DNA from: an uncultured Eubacteriales bacterium
GTDB taxonomy: Bacteria > Bacillota > Clostridia > Christensenellales > QALW01
Assembly: GCA_900547955.1 (NCBI GenBank)
Contig: URIR01000017.1
Coordinates: 14,390-38,389 of the forward strand
Length of the DNA: 24,000 nucleotides
Direction of reading: 5' to 3'
Below the pieces are notes generated by a model that saw only the letters and a program-made list of their open reading frames with translations, had not been told where the DNA came from and did not search any database. Position numbers and translations under genes: made by a program. Shown here in pieces: positions 9,361 through 18,240 of this stretch (position 1 is its first letter; every line of letters begins with the position of its first letter).

Positions 9361-9503
9361 TTCAGCTAAGGGCCGGCCTAGCGGGGCGGGGCGCGCCGTA
9401 GGGCAAGCTTTCAGCTTGCCCGGGCCGAGCCGGAACGGCTCGGCTACGCGGCCGCAGGCCGCGGACGGCGCGCCCCGCCCCGCTAGGCCGGCCCTTAGCT
9501 GAA
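9361..9503. repeat. GC-rich multi-branched palindromic element, copy C (39-bp outer stem, three inner hairpins)
   Basis: TTCAGCTAAGGGCCGGCCTAGCGGGGCGGGGCGCGCCGT (9361-9399) is the exact reverse complement of 9465-9503. Inside: 9401-9409/9413-9421, 9424-9432/9436-9444 and 9447-9453/9457-9463, each with a 3-nt loop. Confidence 0.97.
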
Positions 9504-9736
9504 ACTCAAAATATTAAGCATTCTGCCCAATCGCCCAAGTAGCTTTTTCTATAATATATTAACAATTTTCTAACAAAATCAATCTTGCGACAATATTTTT
9601 AACTCTATGTCTATTATAAAATAAAGAATGCAAAATGCAATAGGAAGTTATGTTGTAATAATGTTTTAATTGAAATAGATATTACAATTTTGTATTTAAT
9701 ACAAAAATATTGTTGTCAATATATTTTTTATATAAG

Positions 9737-9907
9737 TTAAATTGGTAGTGCATTAATTACAGTCTGCACTTTTGACACTTTGCAAATTATTATCGCATCG
9801 TAATTTATAAAAAATGTCATCAAATCTCCCGCCTTAATATTTAAACGTTTCCTTATTGAAGCTGGAAGCATAATCCTGCCATTTTCATATATAGTAACAA
9901 GCTGCAT
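9737..9907 (-). CDS. AbrB/SpoVT-like small DNA-binding-fold protein, paralog 2
   Basis: MQLVTIYENGRIMLPASIRKRLNIKAGDLMTFFINYDAIIICKVSKVQTVINALPI, preceded by the same AATGAAAGAGTGATT box as the other two paralogs. Confidence 0.75.
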   Translation of the reverse strand: MQLVTIYENGRIMLPASIRKRLNIKAGDLMTFFINYDAIIICKVSKVQTVINALPI

Positions 9908-10169
9908 ATTAACAATCACTCTTTCATTGATAATTCAGCATAATTTATATATAAACTCTACTAATTCAATAATTTATTGATTATAAAATATATAAATACA
10001 TATTTTGACTATATATGATTTTTCAAAATATTATTTTTATATATTTTATAATTAAACAAATTTCTTTCTTATTTACATGTATTATAACTAACTGCCTTGA
10101 AAAATCAAGAGAAAAGAATGCAATAAATTATCGAATAAAATAGGCTTATACCATAATTTTGACACAAGC

Positions 10170-10628
10170 CTAAAAATCTGACTTTGATACATAAATAATA
10201 TGAATTTTTTTCTTTTGCGCATATTCCAGCGTGCCTGCCGCACCTCCCCAAGGATGCGTTATATATACTACAGCGCAGTCCGAAATGTTTACCAGATATT
10301 TATTTCTCTGCAGAATTGCTATCTTAGGATGATATCTTTCCAGCGCCGGATATATTATCTCGTCATACCGCTTCGCCTTATCTGGATCCACTTTAGGGTA
10401 TGGAGTAACCAGCACGCTTTTTATATCATGCTTTTTCTTCAATTCACACAACACTCCCGCGCACAAAGCGTCAAATTGTCCCATGCCCCCGTTATAAAAA
10501 ACTTTTGTCCCGTTTAATATAAGCTCTTTTACCGCACGATACACGCGCTCTTTAACAGCATTTTTATCATAAACAGTACTATGGCCTATAAAGAAGCAGC
10601 TTGCAAGTAAACTATTTCCCTTTTTCAT
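10170..10628 (-). CDS. SLOG-superfamily (DUF1273-like) protein
   Basis: CFFIGHSTVYDKNAVKERVYRAVKELILNGTKVFYNGGMGQFDALCAGVLCELKKKHDIKSVLVTPYP...ILQRNKYLVNISDCAVVYITHPWGGAAGTLEYAQKKK. This has a Rossmannoid GGMGxFD motif and a downstream WGGAA-TLEYA segment. The start at 10628 overlaps the upstream gene; 10652 is an alternative. Confidence 0.75.
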   Translation of the reverse strand: MKKGNSLLASCFFIGHSTVYDKNAVKERVYRAVKELILNGTKVFYNGGMGQFDALCAGVLCELKKKHDIKSVLVTPYPKVDPDKAKRYDEIIYPALERYHPKIAILQRNKYLVNISDCAVVYITHPWGGAAGTLEYAQKKKIHIIYVSKSDF

Positions 10629-10788
10629 GATATATAAAACGTTCAATCGCATAATTATCTATATGCTTCTTTAATATATTATTTATATATTGGGAAAAAG
10701 AGCGTCCATCCAATTCCGACAGTTCTCTTATTTTTGTTATTATATCTTCATCCAAGGATATACTGACCTTCTGCTTTAGTACACGCAT
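10612..10788 (-). CDS. Small ribbon-helix-helix (CopG-like) protein
   Basis: MRVLKQKVSISLDEDIITKIRELSELDGRSFSQYINNILKKHIDNYAIERFIYHEKGK shows an RHH pattern (basic strand, S-F-S-Q-Y-I-N-x-x-L-K-K). The internal Met at 10788 follows a GAGGGTG-like SD. Confidence 0.75.
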   Translation of the reverse strand: MRVLKQKVSISLDEDIITKIRELSELDGRSFSQYINNILKKHIDNYAIERFIYHEKGK

Positions 10789-11233
10789 GAATACACCCTC
10801 CTGAATAATATAATAACATAATTTTAGTTTATATTGGATATAATACGACAAAGTAATACAAAATAATAAAAAGTAGTATGAAGTAATATACTATCTTACT
10901 TAATATATTTTATAAAATTAAATATCTGTGGAATAATGTTGCATAAATATATATTTATAATACAATTTTATATATAAATTTATTTTATTCTACTTTTAAT
11001 ATGAATATATATTGATTTCTACGTAATTTCCTATTGCAATTTATTTTAAATCTCTTATAATAGATACGGAAATAAGAAAATTGTTCTTATATAAATTGTT
11101 GTGGAATAATTAGGATTTTTGCTAGTTAAAATTTACATGTATGCTCAAATTGTGTTGTCCGATTATTCATAATTTAAATTGGCATAAAAAACTTATATAT
11201 ATACTAATTTAAATAATGAAAGAGTGATTTTTT

Positions 11234-11458
11234 ATGATACTTGTAACAATTTATGCTAACGGTCAGTTTATGATTCCCTTGCCAATCCGTCAGAGACTTA
11301 ATATTAAGCCTGGAGATTATCTGGCGTTTTTCATCAAAAACGATAAAGAGTTGGTCATGTGTAAAACCTCCGCTATTCAGGATGTTATCATGGCCAATTC
11401 TAAAAATACCATTCAATTTCCCGTAAAAGAGTCTATTAGCTCAAATTCGGGCGACTGA
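11234..11458 (+). CDS. AbrB/SpoVT-like small DNA-binding-fold protein, paralog 3
   Basis: MILVTIYANGQFMIPLPIRQRLNIKPGDYLAFFIKNDKELVMCKTSAIQDVIMANS... with AATGAAAGAGTGATTTTTT directly upstream. Confidence 0.8.
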   Translation: MILVTIYANGQFMIPLPIRQRLNIKPGDYLAFFIKNDKELVMCKTSAIQDVIMANSKNTIQFPVKESISSNSGD

Positions 11459-11476
11459 AAGCTCCAAAAGCTGCTT

Positions 11477-11674
11477 CGCGGGCCCGAAGGGCCCGCGGAC
11501 GCGCCGGATGCCGCGAAGCGGCATCCGGCGCCGGGGGGCGGCGTTCCGCGGCCTGCGGCCGCGTGGCCGGGCCCGTTTACGGGCCCGGCCCAGGGCAGGC
11601 TTCGCCTGCCCGAACGCCGCCCCCCCGGCGCATGGCCCGGCCGCAGGCCGGGCCATGCGCGCTGCGCAAGCGCA
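11477..11674. repeat. GC-rich multi-branched palindromic element, copy B
   Basis: Hairpins 11477-11485/11489-11497 and 11501-11514/11518-11531. Outer stem 11530-11546 with 11612-11629. Inner hairpins 11547-11553/11557-11563, 11565-11575/11580-11590 and 11593-11600/11604-11611. A 3' hairpin is at 11630-11642/11646-11658. Confidence 0.93.
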
Positions 11675-11694
11675 AAAAAGCCGCCGCCCAAAAA

Positions 11695-12612
11695 TCAATT
11701 TTCCGCATTAACTCCTGATTTGATTCCACGTGTTGAAAGATACGCTCTTGCTATAAGCTCGTCCTGACAAAGCTGAGACGATAGCTCATCTTTAGAAGAA
11801 AATTTTCGCTCGGCCCTTATACGCTTTAAAAATGAGACGCGCATATCCTTACCGTAAAAATCTCCCGAGACGTCAAATAAAAAGGTCTCTATAGTAATAA
11901 CTCCAGTATCTGAAACAGTAGGGCGCACGCCTATATTAGTCATACCCTGATAATCCCGCCCGTTTATCCGAGCAGCCGTTACATATACACCCCGGGCCGG
12001 AACCAGCTTTTTATCAGAGTACTCAAGATTAGCGGTAGGAAAACCTAAAGTATGCCCCAGCTCCTGCCCTCGTGTCACTTTACCCGCAATAAAATAATTA
12101 TATCCCAGCATCTTTGCAGCAGCGTCTGCCTCCGAATCTAAAAGTCTATTTCGTATAAGCGTGCTGCTTATTCGCTCTCCGTCATCTGTCAGTATTGGTG
12201 GAATTATAAAGGTTTTATATCCATATTTATCTGCCAGGCGCACTATATCGCGCGGCGTACCCGACGCCCTGCAGCCAAACGTATGATTACTGCCTGCAAT
12301 AATCCCTCCCGCGTTAAAGCGCGCACAGATGTAAGCAATATATTCCTCCGGACTCATATTAGCCAGTATACTGTCAAACGTCAGCACCAGACATTCAAGA
12401 CCCGTATTTTTTAGCATGCTTATTCGCTCGTCATTTAAGGTAAGCAGCTTTATTTTTTTGCCCAATACTTCGCGCGGATGACAGTTGAAAGTAAGAATGC
12501 ACGGCTTCATATTCATCTGTCCGCCTATCCGCTTCGCTTGCCTGAATAATTCCTGATGCCCTCTATGCACTCCGTCAAACGTGCCCAGTACCAATATACT
12601 TTTTTTCTCCAT
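11695..12612 (-). CDS. ribF: Bifunctional riboflavin kinase / FAD synthetase
   Basis: LVLGTFDGVHRGHQELF, FIAGKVTRGQELGHTLGFPTANLE and RGVYVTAARINGRDYQGMTNIGVRPT are RibF landmarks. Confidence 0.96.
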   Translation of the reverse strand: MEKKSILVLGTFDGVHRGHQELFRQAKRIGGQMNMKPCILTFNCHPREVLGKKIKLLTLNDERISMLKNTGLECLVLTFDSILANMSPEEYIAYICARFNAGGIIAGSNHTFGCRASGTPRDIVRLADKYGYKTFIIPPILTDDGERISSTLIRNRLLDSEADAAAKMLGYNYFIAGKVTRGQELGHTLGFPTANLEYSDKKLVPARGVYVTAARINGRDYQGMTNIGVRPTVSDTGVITIETFLFDVSGDFYGKDMRVSFLKRIRAERKFSSKDELSSQLCQDELIARAYLSTRGIKSGVNAEN

Positions 12613-12650
12613 AACCTTATGGATGCTAATCCCCTTTCAGATACTAAAGC

Positions 12651-13616
12651 TCATCTAAGCAGACATAAAACCTTCAGCCTGCCTTGATTCATAACGCTAA
12701 GCGCGCTGAAAACGCCCTTAAAATATACGCGCGTCTTTTCCCCCTCGGCCAAGTCGACTGAAATATACATTTCAGGCGCCAATGGTACTCCATTTAAAAA
12801 TTGCTTTTCAAATTCCGGCTTAATATCGGCGCGTTTCAGACTGCTTAACGGCTCGTCCATAGGCCGCAGAAAAGAATTGTCTCCATTTTCAACCATATCC
12901 GCTATCTGAGCCAGGCTAAACGCATTTGCAATATCATAGCAGCCCGCGCGCGTGCGTACAAGCGAATACATATATCCGCCGGCGCCTAACGCGTCTCCTA
13001 GGTCCGCGCATATTGTACGAACATATGTGCCCTTAGAACAATGCACGCGCAAAATAAATTTATTTTTATCCGTCTGCTCCAAAAGCTCCAGCTTATAAAC
13101 CGTTACCCTGCGCGGCTTCCTTGTCACTTCCATTCCTGCACGCGCATATTCGTACAGCTTTTTACCGTCTATTTTTATAGCCGAATACATTGGCGGCATC
13201 TGCATAATTTCACCTGTAAAAGCCGGGATAGCCTTTAATATATCCTCTCTCTCTATTAAATGATTAGAATGAAATATAACCTTTCCTTCAGCGTCCTGCG
13301 TGTCGGTGCGCGCTCCTAATGCCAGTCCCGCGACATATACCTTATCCTTGTCCATTATGTAATCAGAGAGCCGCGTAGCCTTGCCGGCGCATATGGGCAG
13401 CACCCCCGTAGCCATTGGATCCAAAGTTCCGGTATGTCCGATTTTCTTCTGCTTAAGTATGCGCCGAAGCCGGGCTACAACATCGCTTGAAGTCATACCC
13501 GCCTCTTTATTTACATTTATAACGCCATTGTATCTATCCATGCATGCGCCGCTTTTCCCGCCGTCTGCACCGTCTGCATTCAAAACGGCTGACAAAACCT
13601 CCCCTTGATTAATCAT
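12651..13616 (-). CDS. truB: tRNA pseudouridine(55) synthase TruB (start uncertain; the internal Met at 13541 is plausible)
   Basis: GVINVNKEAGMTSSDVVARLRRILKQKKIGHTGTLDPMATGVLPICAGKATRLSDYIMDKDKVY contains the TruB catalytic-Asp region. Confidence 0.95.
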   Translation of the reverse strand: MINQGEVLSAVLNADGADGGKSGACMDRYNGVINVNKEAGMTSSDVVARLRRILKQKKIGHTGTLDPMATGVLPICAGKATRLSDYIMDKDKVYVAGLALGARTDTQDAEGKVIFHSNHLIEREDILKAIPAFTGEIMQMPPMYSAIKIDGKKLYEYARAGMEVTRKPRRVTVYKLELLEQTDKNKFILRVHCSKGTYVRTICADLGDALGAGGYMYSLVRTRAGCYDIANAFSLAQIADMVENGDNSFLRPMDEPLSSLKRADIKPEFEKQFLNGVPLAPEMYISVDLAEGEKTRVYFKGVFSALSVMNQGRLKVLCLLR

Positions 13617-14569
13617 TTAACCAGTCTCCCGGATATCATATCCGCAATCTGCCTTTTTGCCTCCTCCAGGCTACCGTTAATAACGCAGCCTGCCGCCATG
13701 CGGTGCCCGCCGCCGCTCAATAAAAGCGCAATTTCCGAAACATCCAGCCTTCCCGACGAGCGCAGGCTTACCTTATAGCCCTCCCCGCGCTGCCTTAAAA
13801 ATACCGCCGCTTCAACGCCCGCAACCTCCAGCGCATAATTCACTATGCCCTCGCTGTCCGCCTCGTGCGCGCCGCAAAGGTCGAAATCCCGCTGAGTAAG
13901 GGATATAATTGCAATTTTATTCTCACAGCAAAGCTCCAAACTGTTTAAAGCCCTGCCCAGCAGCCGGCTGGCGTTAAAGGTGCGCGTCCCAAAAAGCAGC
14001 TTGTTTATCCGAGCCGTGTCAAAGCCGGCGTCATAGAGCTGTGCGGCTATAAGCATAGTATCCCTGCCCACATCGCTGTGCGCAAAGCGGCCGGTATCAG
14101 TTAAAAACGCCGTATACAGGCATTCCGCTGTTTCTCCTTCTGCTTTCAAGCCCAATTCCATAAACAGTTCATACACGCACTGCGCCGTAGCAGGGCAGCT
14201 TTTTATATAATTTATATCTCCAAAGCCCTGATTGGTAACATGATGGTCTATAACCAGCTTTAACCGAGCGGCTGAAAAAAGCGGAGCATAAATTCCCAAA
14301 CGGCTTATATCCGCGCAGTCTACCGCTATAGCAGCGTCATACTCCTCCAATTCGGGCAGTTCCAGCAGCCTCCTTATACCTGAAATGTCGGATAATTGGC
14401 CAGGAAAAGCGCCCTCTCCTTTAAAAAAGCATCGCTTGCCCATATTTATAAGAGCAAGCGCTAAAGCGGCGGAGCTGCCAAGAGCATCGCCGTCCATATT
14501 TACATGTGCTGTTATAAGAAAAGATTCATTCTGTTCAATGGCCCGCGCAAGGCGTTTAAGCGCATTCAT
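13613..14569 (-). CDS. nrnA: DHH-family phosphoesterase (NrnA-like nano-RNase/pAp phosphatase)
   Basis: FLITAHVNMDGDALGSSAALALAL, AAIAVDCADISRLG, LVIDHHVTN and LSGGGHRMAAG are DHH/DHHA1 motifs. The gene sits between rbfA and truB. Confidence 0.9.
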   Translation of the reverse strand: MNALKRLARAIEQNESFLITAHVNMDGDALGSSAALALALINMGKRCFFKGEGAFPGQLSDISGIRRLLELPELEEYDAAIAVDCADISRLGIYAPLFSAARLKLVIDHHVTNQGFGDINYIKSCPATAQCVYELFMELGLKAEGETAECLYTAFLTDTGRFAHSDVGRDTMLIAAQLYDAGFDTARINKLLFGTRTFNASRLLGRALNSLELCCENKIAIISLTQRDFDLCGAHEADSEGIVNYALEVAGVEAAVFLRQRGEGYKVSLRSSGRLDVSEIALLLSGGGHRMAAGCVINGSLEEAKRQIADMISGRLVK

Positions 14570-14934
14570 TTTTTCTCCTCATCCGCATCTCCGGCGTTCA
14601 GGCTATCTATAAGCTCGCTTATATGAACGCTGTATTCTATGGAATCGTCGTATATAAATTTTAGCTCGGGCAGTTTGCGTATAGTTATCCGCTGCCCCAG
14701 GCAGCGCCTTATAAAGGGCGCCGCTTTTTTCAGCGCAGTTATTGCCTGCGCCTGTTCCTGACTATTGCCGTAAACCGAAATATACACCTTACATATATCC
14801 AAATCGGGCGTTACCTCGGCGCGCAGCACGCTGACCATACTGCTTGCGCGCGGGTCGCGCACGTCCTCGCGCAGTATCTGCGCCAGAGCGCGCTGTATTT
14901 CCGAGCCCAGCCGTTCCGTTCTCTGATTCCCCAT
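14566..14934 (-). CDS. rbfA: Ribosome-binding factor A
   Basis: RTERLGSEIQRALAQILREDVRDPRASSMVSVLRAEVTPDLDICKVYISVYG; the position between infB and nrnA fits. Confidence 0.95.
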   Translation of the reverse strand: MGNQRTERLGSEIQRALAQILREDVRDPRASSMVSVLRAEVTPDLDICKVYISVYGNSQEQAQAITALKKAAPFIRRCLGQRITIRKLPELKFIYDDSIEYSVHISELIDSLNAGDADEEKK

Positions 14935-14992
14935 GAATTTTTCTCCTTATTCAAGGCATACCACGCATCAATTCAATATTTGCGCCCGCGGT

Positions 14993-17896
14993 CTACCTCT
15001 TAACCTGTTCCTGAATAAACGCCTCTATGACGTCGCTTTCTTTTATATCGTTATAATTATTAATGCCTATGCCGCATTCAAATCCATCGGCCACTTCCTT
15101 AACGTCGTCCTTAAAGCGCTTTAAGGAGCTGATGCTGCCCTCATGAATAACTATATTATCCCGCAGCAGCCGGACTCCGGCATTGCGCTGAATCTTACCG
15201 TCCGTTACATAAGCGCCCGCGATAATTCCCGCGCCCGGCACCTTGAAGGTGGTGCGTACCTCGGCATGACCTATAACCACCTCTTTAAACTCCGGATCCA
15301 GCATGCCCTTCATAGCGTTTTCAATATCCTCTATGGCGTTATATATTACCCGGTACATGCGCATATCCACTTTTTCCGACTCAGCCGCAGCCGTAGCCAT
15401 AGCGTCGGGGCGCACGTTAAAGCCGATAATTATGGCGTTTGAAGCAGAGGCCAGAATAACGTCCGATTCCTTTATTGCGCCTACGGCTCCGTGAATAACG
15501 TTTATGCGCACTTCCTCGTTGCTCAATTTTTCCAGCGCCTGGCGCACAGCCTCAACGCTGCCCTGCACGTCAGCCTTGACTATTAAATTAAGCTCCTTTA
15601 TATCGCCCTCTTTTATCTGGCTGAACAAATCATCCAAAGACGCCTTGGCTCTAGCCTTGAGCTGGTCCGCCTTAAGCTTATCCCGGCGCTCCTGCACAAC
15701 CTGCCTGCCCAGCTTGTCGTCGTCCGTGCCGTAAAGTATATCGCCCGCGTCAGGCACATCGTTAAAGCCCAGCACCTCAACGGGCATAGAAGGCCCTGCT
15801 TCTTCCACGCGTTCTCCCTTATCGTTCATCATGGCCCTGACCCTGCCGCCGGTCGTACCTGCTACTATGGTGTCGCCCACCCTGAGAGTTCCGTTCTGCA
15901 CAAGTACGGTAGCTACAGGCCCTCTGCCCTTATCCAGGCGCGCCTCCACGATAGTGCCCCTGGCCTTTTTATCCGGATTAGCCTTATATTGATTAACGTC
16001 CGCCACCAGCAATATCATTTCCAATAAATCGCTCAGACCGTCTCCTGTAACTGCTGAAACCGGAACAATAATAGCGTCCCCTCCCCACTCCTCGGGCAGT
16101 ATACCGTGATTGGTCAATTCCTGCTTAACCCTTTCAGGATTGGCTGTAGGCTTATCCATTTTATTTATAGCTACTATTATCGGCACCTTGGCCGCCGTAG
16201 CGTGATTTATAGCTTCAACAGTCTGAGGCATTACGCCGTCGTCCGCCGCCACCACCAATATGGCGATATCAGTAACCTGAGCGCCCCGGGCGCGCATGGA
16301 GGTAAAAGCCTCGTGGCCGGGAGTGTCCAAAAAGGTTATAGTCCTGCCGTTATGGCTGACTGTATAAGCGCCTATATGCTGGGTTATGCCGCCCGCCTCG
16401 TGAGCGGTTACGTTAGTGGAGCGTATTGCGTCCAAAAGCGAGGTTTTGCCGTGGTCAACGTGTCCCATAATGGTAACGACCGGAGGCCGCTCAAACGTAT
16501 CCTCTTCCCCGTCCTGCACGGCTGCGTCCGTAAGGGTTTCCTCAAAGGTTTTAGCTATTTTCTGCTCCAAATCTATACCGAAATCGGTAGCCACCAGCGC
16601 AGCGGTATCATAATCTATCTCGTTATTGATAGTAGCCATTATACCAAGCAGAAACAGCTTCTTTATAATCGCCGTAGCAGGCTTGCCCAGCTTTTCGCTT
16701 AAATCCTTTATGCTTATAAGCTCAGTAGTCATAACGGCATGCTCTATTTTTATCGGCTCCATCTTCTGCTGGGCGCTCTCCTTGCGCTTGGGCTTGCGGC
16801 TCCGAATACGCTCATCCTCTTCAAATACCGCTCCGCGCTGACGGGGCGCGCCCTCCCTTTTATTGAGCCGCTTTTCCTCATGCTCGCGGGAATACTGCTT
16901 TTTATTGGGGTCATAATTGCTCACACGGCCCTTTTCGGTAGGCAGAGACGCGTCAAAGGCGGGAATTTTAAGCCCTCCCTGCGGTCTGGACTGGGGCCTT
17001 CCGCCCTGAGCCTGGGCACGGCCTCCCTGCCGGTTGCCGCTGCGCTCTGACTGAGAACGTTCGCCAATGGTTCTGCTCTGCTGCGCGCCCTGAGCCCCAC
17101 GCCCGTCAAAAGACTGGGAGCGGTTAAAGCCCTGTCTTGGCTGAGACTGTCCCTGTGCTTGGGGACGTCCTCCCGGCTGCGTCTGGAACGGGCGCTGCTG
17201 CATATTAGGACGGCCCTGCGCATTGGCAGGCGCCTGCGGACGTTTGCCCGTACTCTGCGGCCGGACGGCCTTCTCCGCGTCAAAGCGGCGTTCTTTATCA
17301 GATTGAGGCGCGGCTACCTGACGGGCAGCCTGTTCATTCTGAGCTTCGCCGGTAACAGGAGAAGCCTGCGCTGGTTCCTCAGGCGCTTTATCCGCGTTTA
17401 AAGGCTCCCTGTTCTCCCAAGCCCCGGCCGCGTCCACAACCTCATCGGCTCCATTTTGCATTTCAGCGGTCTGGGCATGTTCGGCTGTTAAAACCTCCTT
17501 AGGCGAGGACGCCTTTGCACTCAACCCAGGCTGCGCATCCTGAGCCTGAACATTTTCCTCCGCCTTTTTCTCAACGGCGGCTTCAGGCAAAGCGGCGCTT
17601 TTCTGAGACTGACCGTGAGCGTTTTCCTCTGTCTGGGCCGCCTGAGCTTCCTTATCGCTCTCGGCCTGCGCCTGTTCCGCCTCTTTTTTAAGCAATTCCT
17701 GCTCGCGCGCCGCTCTGAGCCGTTCCTGTTCAGCCTGTTCGCGCTGAGCCTGCATCAGCTTCTGCCGCAGAAGCTCCTCATTATTATTCATTAAAGCCTG
17801 CAGGGACTGAATATCCCTCTGTGCGTCGGCCAGCTTAGCGGTTATGCTTCCCGCAGCCTTTTGAATATCCTCGGCAAGCGCCTGATTTTTACTCAT
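14993..17896 (-). CDS. infB: Translation initiation factor IF-2
   Basis: Long Q/P/R/G-rich N-terminal region, then [56 protein letters not shown] and a full C-terminal IF-2 region. Confidence 0.98.
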   Translation of the reverse strand: MSKNQALAEDIQKAAGSITAKLADAQRDIQSLQALMNNNEELLRQKLMQAQREQAEQERLRAAREQELLKKEAEQAQAESDKEAQAAQTEENAHGQSQKSAALPEAAVEKKAEENVQAQDAQPGLSAKASSPKEVLTAEHAQTAEMQNGADEVVDAAGAWENREPLNADKAPEEPAQASPVTGEAQNEQAARQVAAPQSDKERRFDAEKAVRPQSTGKRPQAPANAQGRPNMQQRPFQTQPGGRPQAQGQSQPRQGFNRSQSFDGRGAQGAQQSRTIGERSQSERSGNRQGGRAQAQGGRPQSRPQGGLKIPAFDASLPTEKGRVSNYDPNKKQYSREHEEKRLNKREGAPRQRGAVFEEDERIRSRKPKRKESAQQKMEPIKIEHAVMTTELISIKDLSEKLGKPATAIIKKLFLLGIMATINNEIDYDTAALVATDFGIDLEQKIAKTFEETLTDAAVQDGEEDTFERPPVVTIMGHVDHGKTSLLDAIRSTNVTAHEAGGITQHIGAYTVSHNGRTITFLDTPGHEAFTSMRARGAQVTDIAILVVAADDGVMPQTVEAINHATAAKVPIIVAINKMDKPTANPERVKQELTNHGILPEEWGGDAIIVPVSAVTGDGLSDLLEMILLVADVNQYKANPDKKARGTIVEARLDKGRGPVATVLVQNGTLRVGDTIVAGTTGGRVRAMMNDKGERVEEAGPSMPVEVLGFNDVPDAGDILYGTDDDKLGRQVVQERRDKLKADQLKARAKASLDDLFSQIKEGDIKELNLIVKADVQGSVEAVRQALEKLSNEEVRINVIHGAVGAIKESDVILASASNAIIIGFNVRPDAMATAAAESEKVDMRMYRVIYNAIEDIENAMKGMLDPEFKEVVIGHAEVRTTFKVPGAGIIAGAYVTDGKIQRNAGVRLLRDNIVIHEGSISSLKRFKDDVKEVADGFECGIGINNYNDIKESDVIEAFIQEQVKR

Positions 17897-17898
17897 TA

Positions 17899-18240
17899 TT
17901 ATAATGCACCCCCAAAATCGTTCAAGGTATTTATCCTATTATTTATAGCGTCGGCAAAACCGGCGTCGTTTATTGATACTGCAATGCCCGCGGGCTTCCC
18001 GACGGCCCCTCCTAATTCGTCCGTATCCAGAAGCAGGCATTTTATGCCCAGTCTGGAGGCCGCGGCAGAATATTCCTTTATTGTCCGCTCCGAGCTGCGG
18101 GCTGCGAGCAGCACCAGCTTGGATTGCTTCTTTTTAAGCGCTTCACTCACCGCCGTATACCCAACCGAAGCCTTTCCGGCGGCGCGGGCCAGTCCTATAA
18201 GAGAGAGCAGCTTTGAATCAGTTTTAATCAACCTTATCAA
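17899..18240 (-). CDS. L7Ae/L30e-family (YlxQ-like) RNA-binding protein
   Basis: [61 protein letters not shown]. It lies in the nusA-rnpM-X-infB position. Confidence 0.88.
   Translation of the reverse strand: MIRLIKTDSKLLSLIGLARAAGKASVGYTAVSEALKKKQSKLVLLAARSSERTIKEYSAAASRLGIKCLLLDTDELGGAVGKPAGIAVSINDAGFADAINNRINTLNDFGGAL

Noticed and set aside
9361-9503. Cloverleaf-like fold of copy C as a tRNA or tmRNA
   Set aside because: The outer stem is 39 bp, all arms have 3-nt loops, and there is no anticodon-loop geometry, TTCRA motif or CCA end. It does not resemble tRNA beyond having three arms.
9361-9503. ACT on both sides of copy C as a target-site duplication
   Set aside because: The left ACT is offset by one base from the palindrome end (ACTA|TTCAGC versus GCTGAA|ACTC). 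A 3-bp match in AT-rich DNA is not convincing without an empty site.
11413-11711. ORFs 11413..11691(-), 11441..11698(-) and 11508..11711(+) over element B
   Set aside because: Low-complexity Ala/Gly/Arg/Pro translations of the structured GC-rich repeat. No RBS or family resemblance was seen, and nucleotide pairing explains the sequence better.
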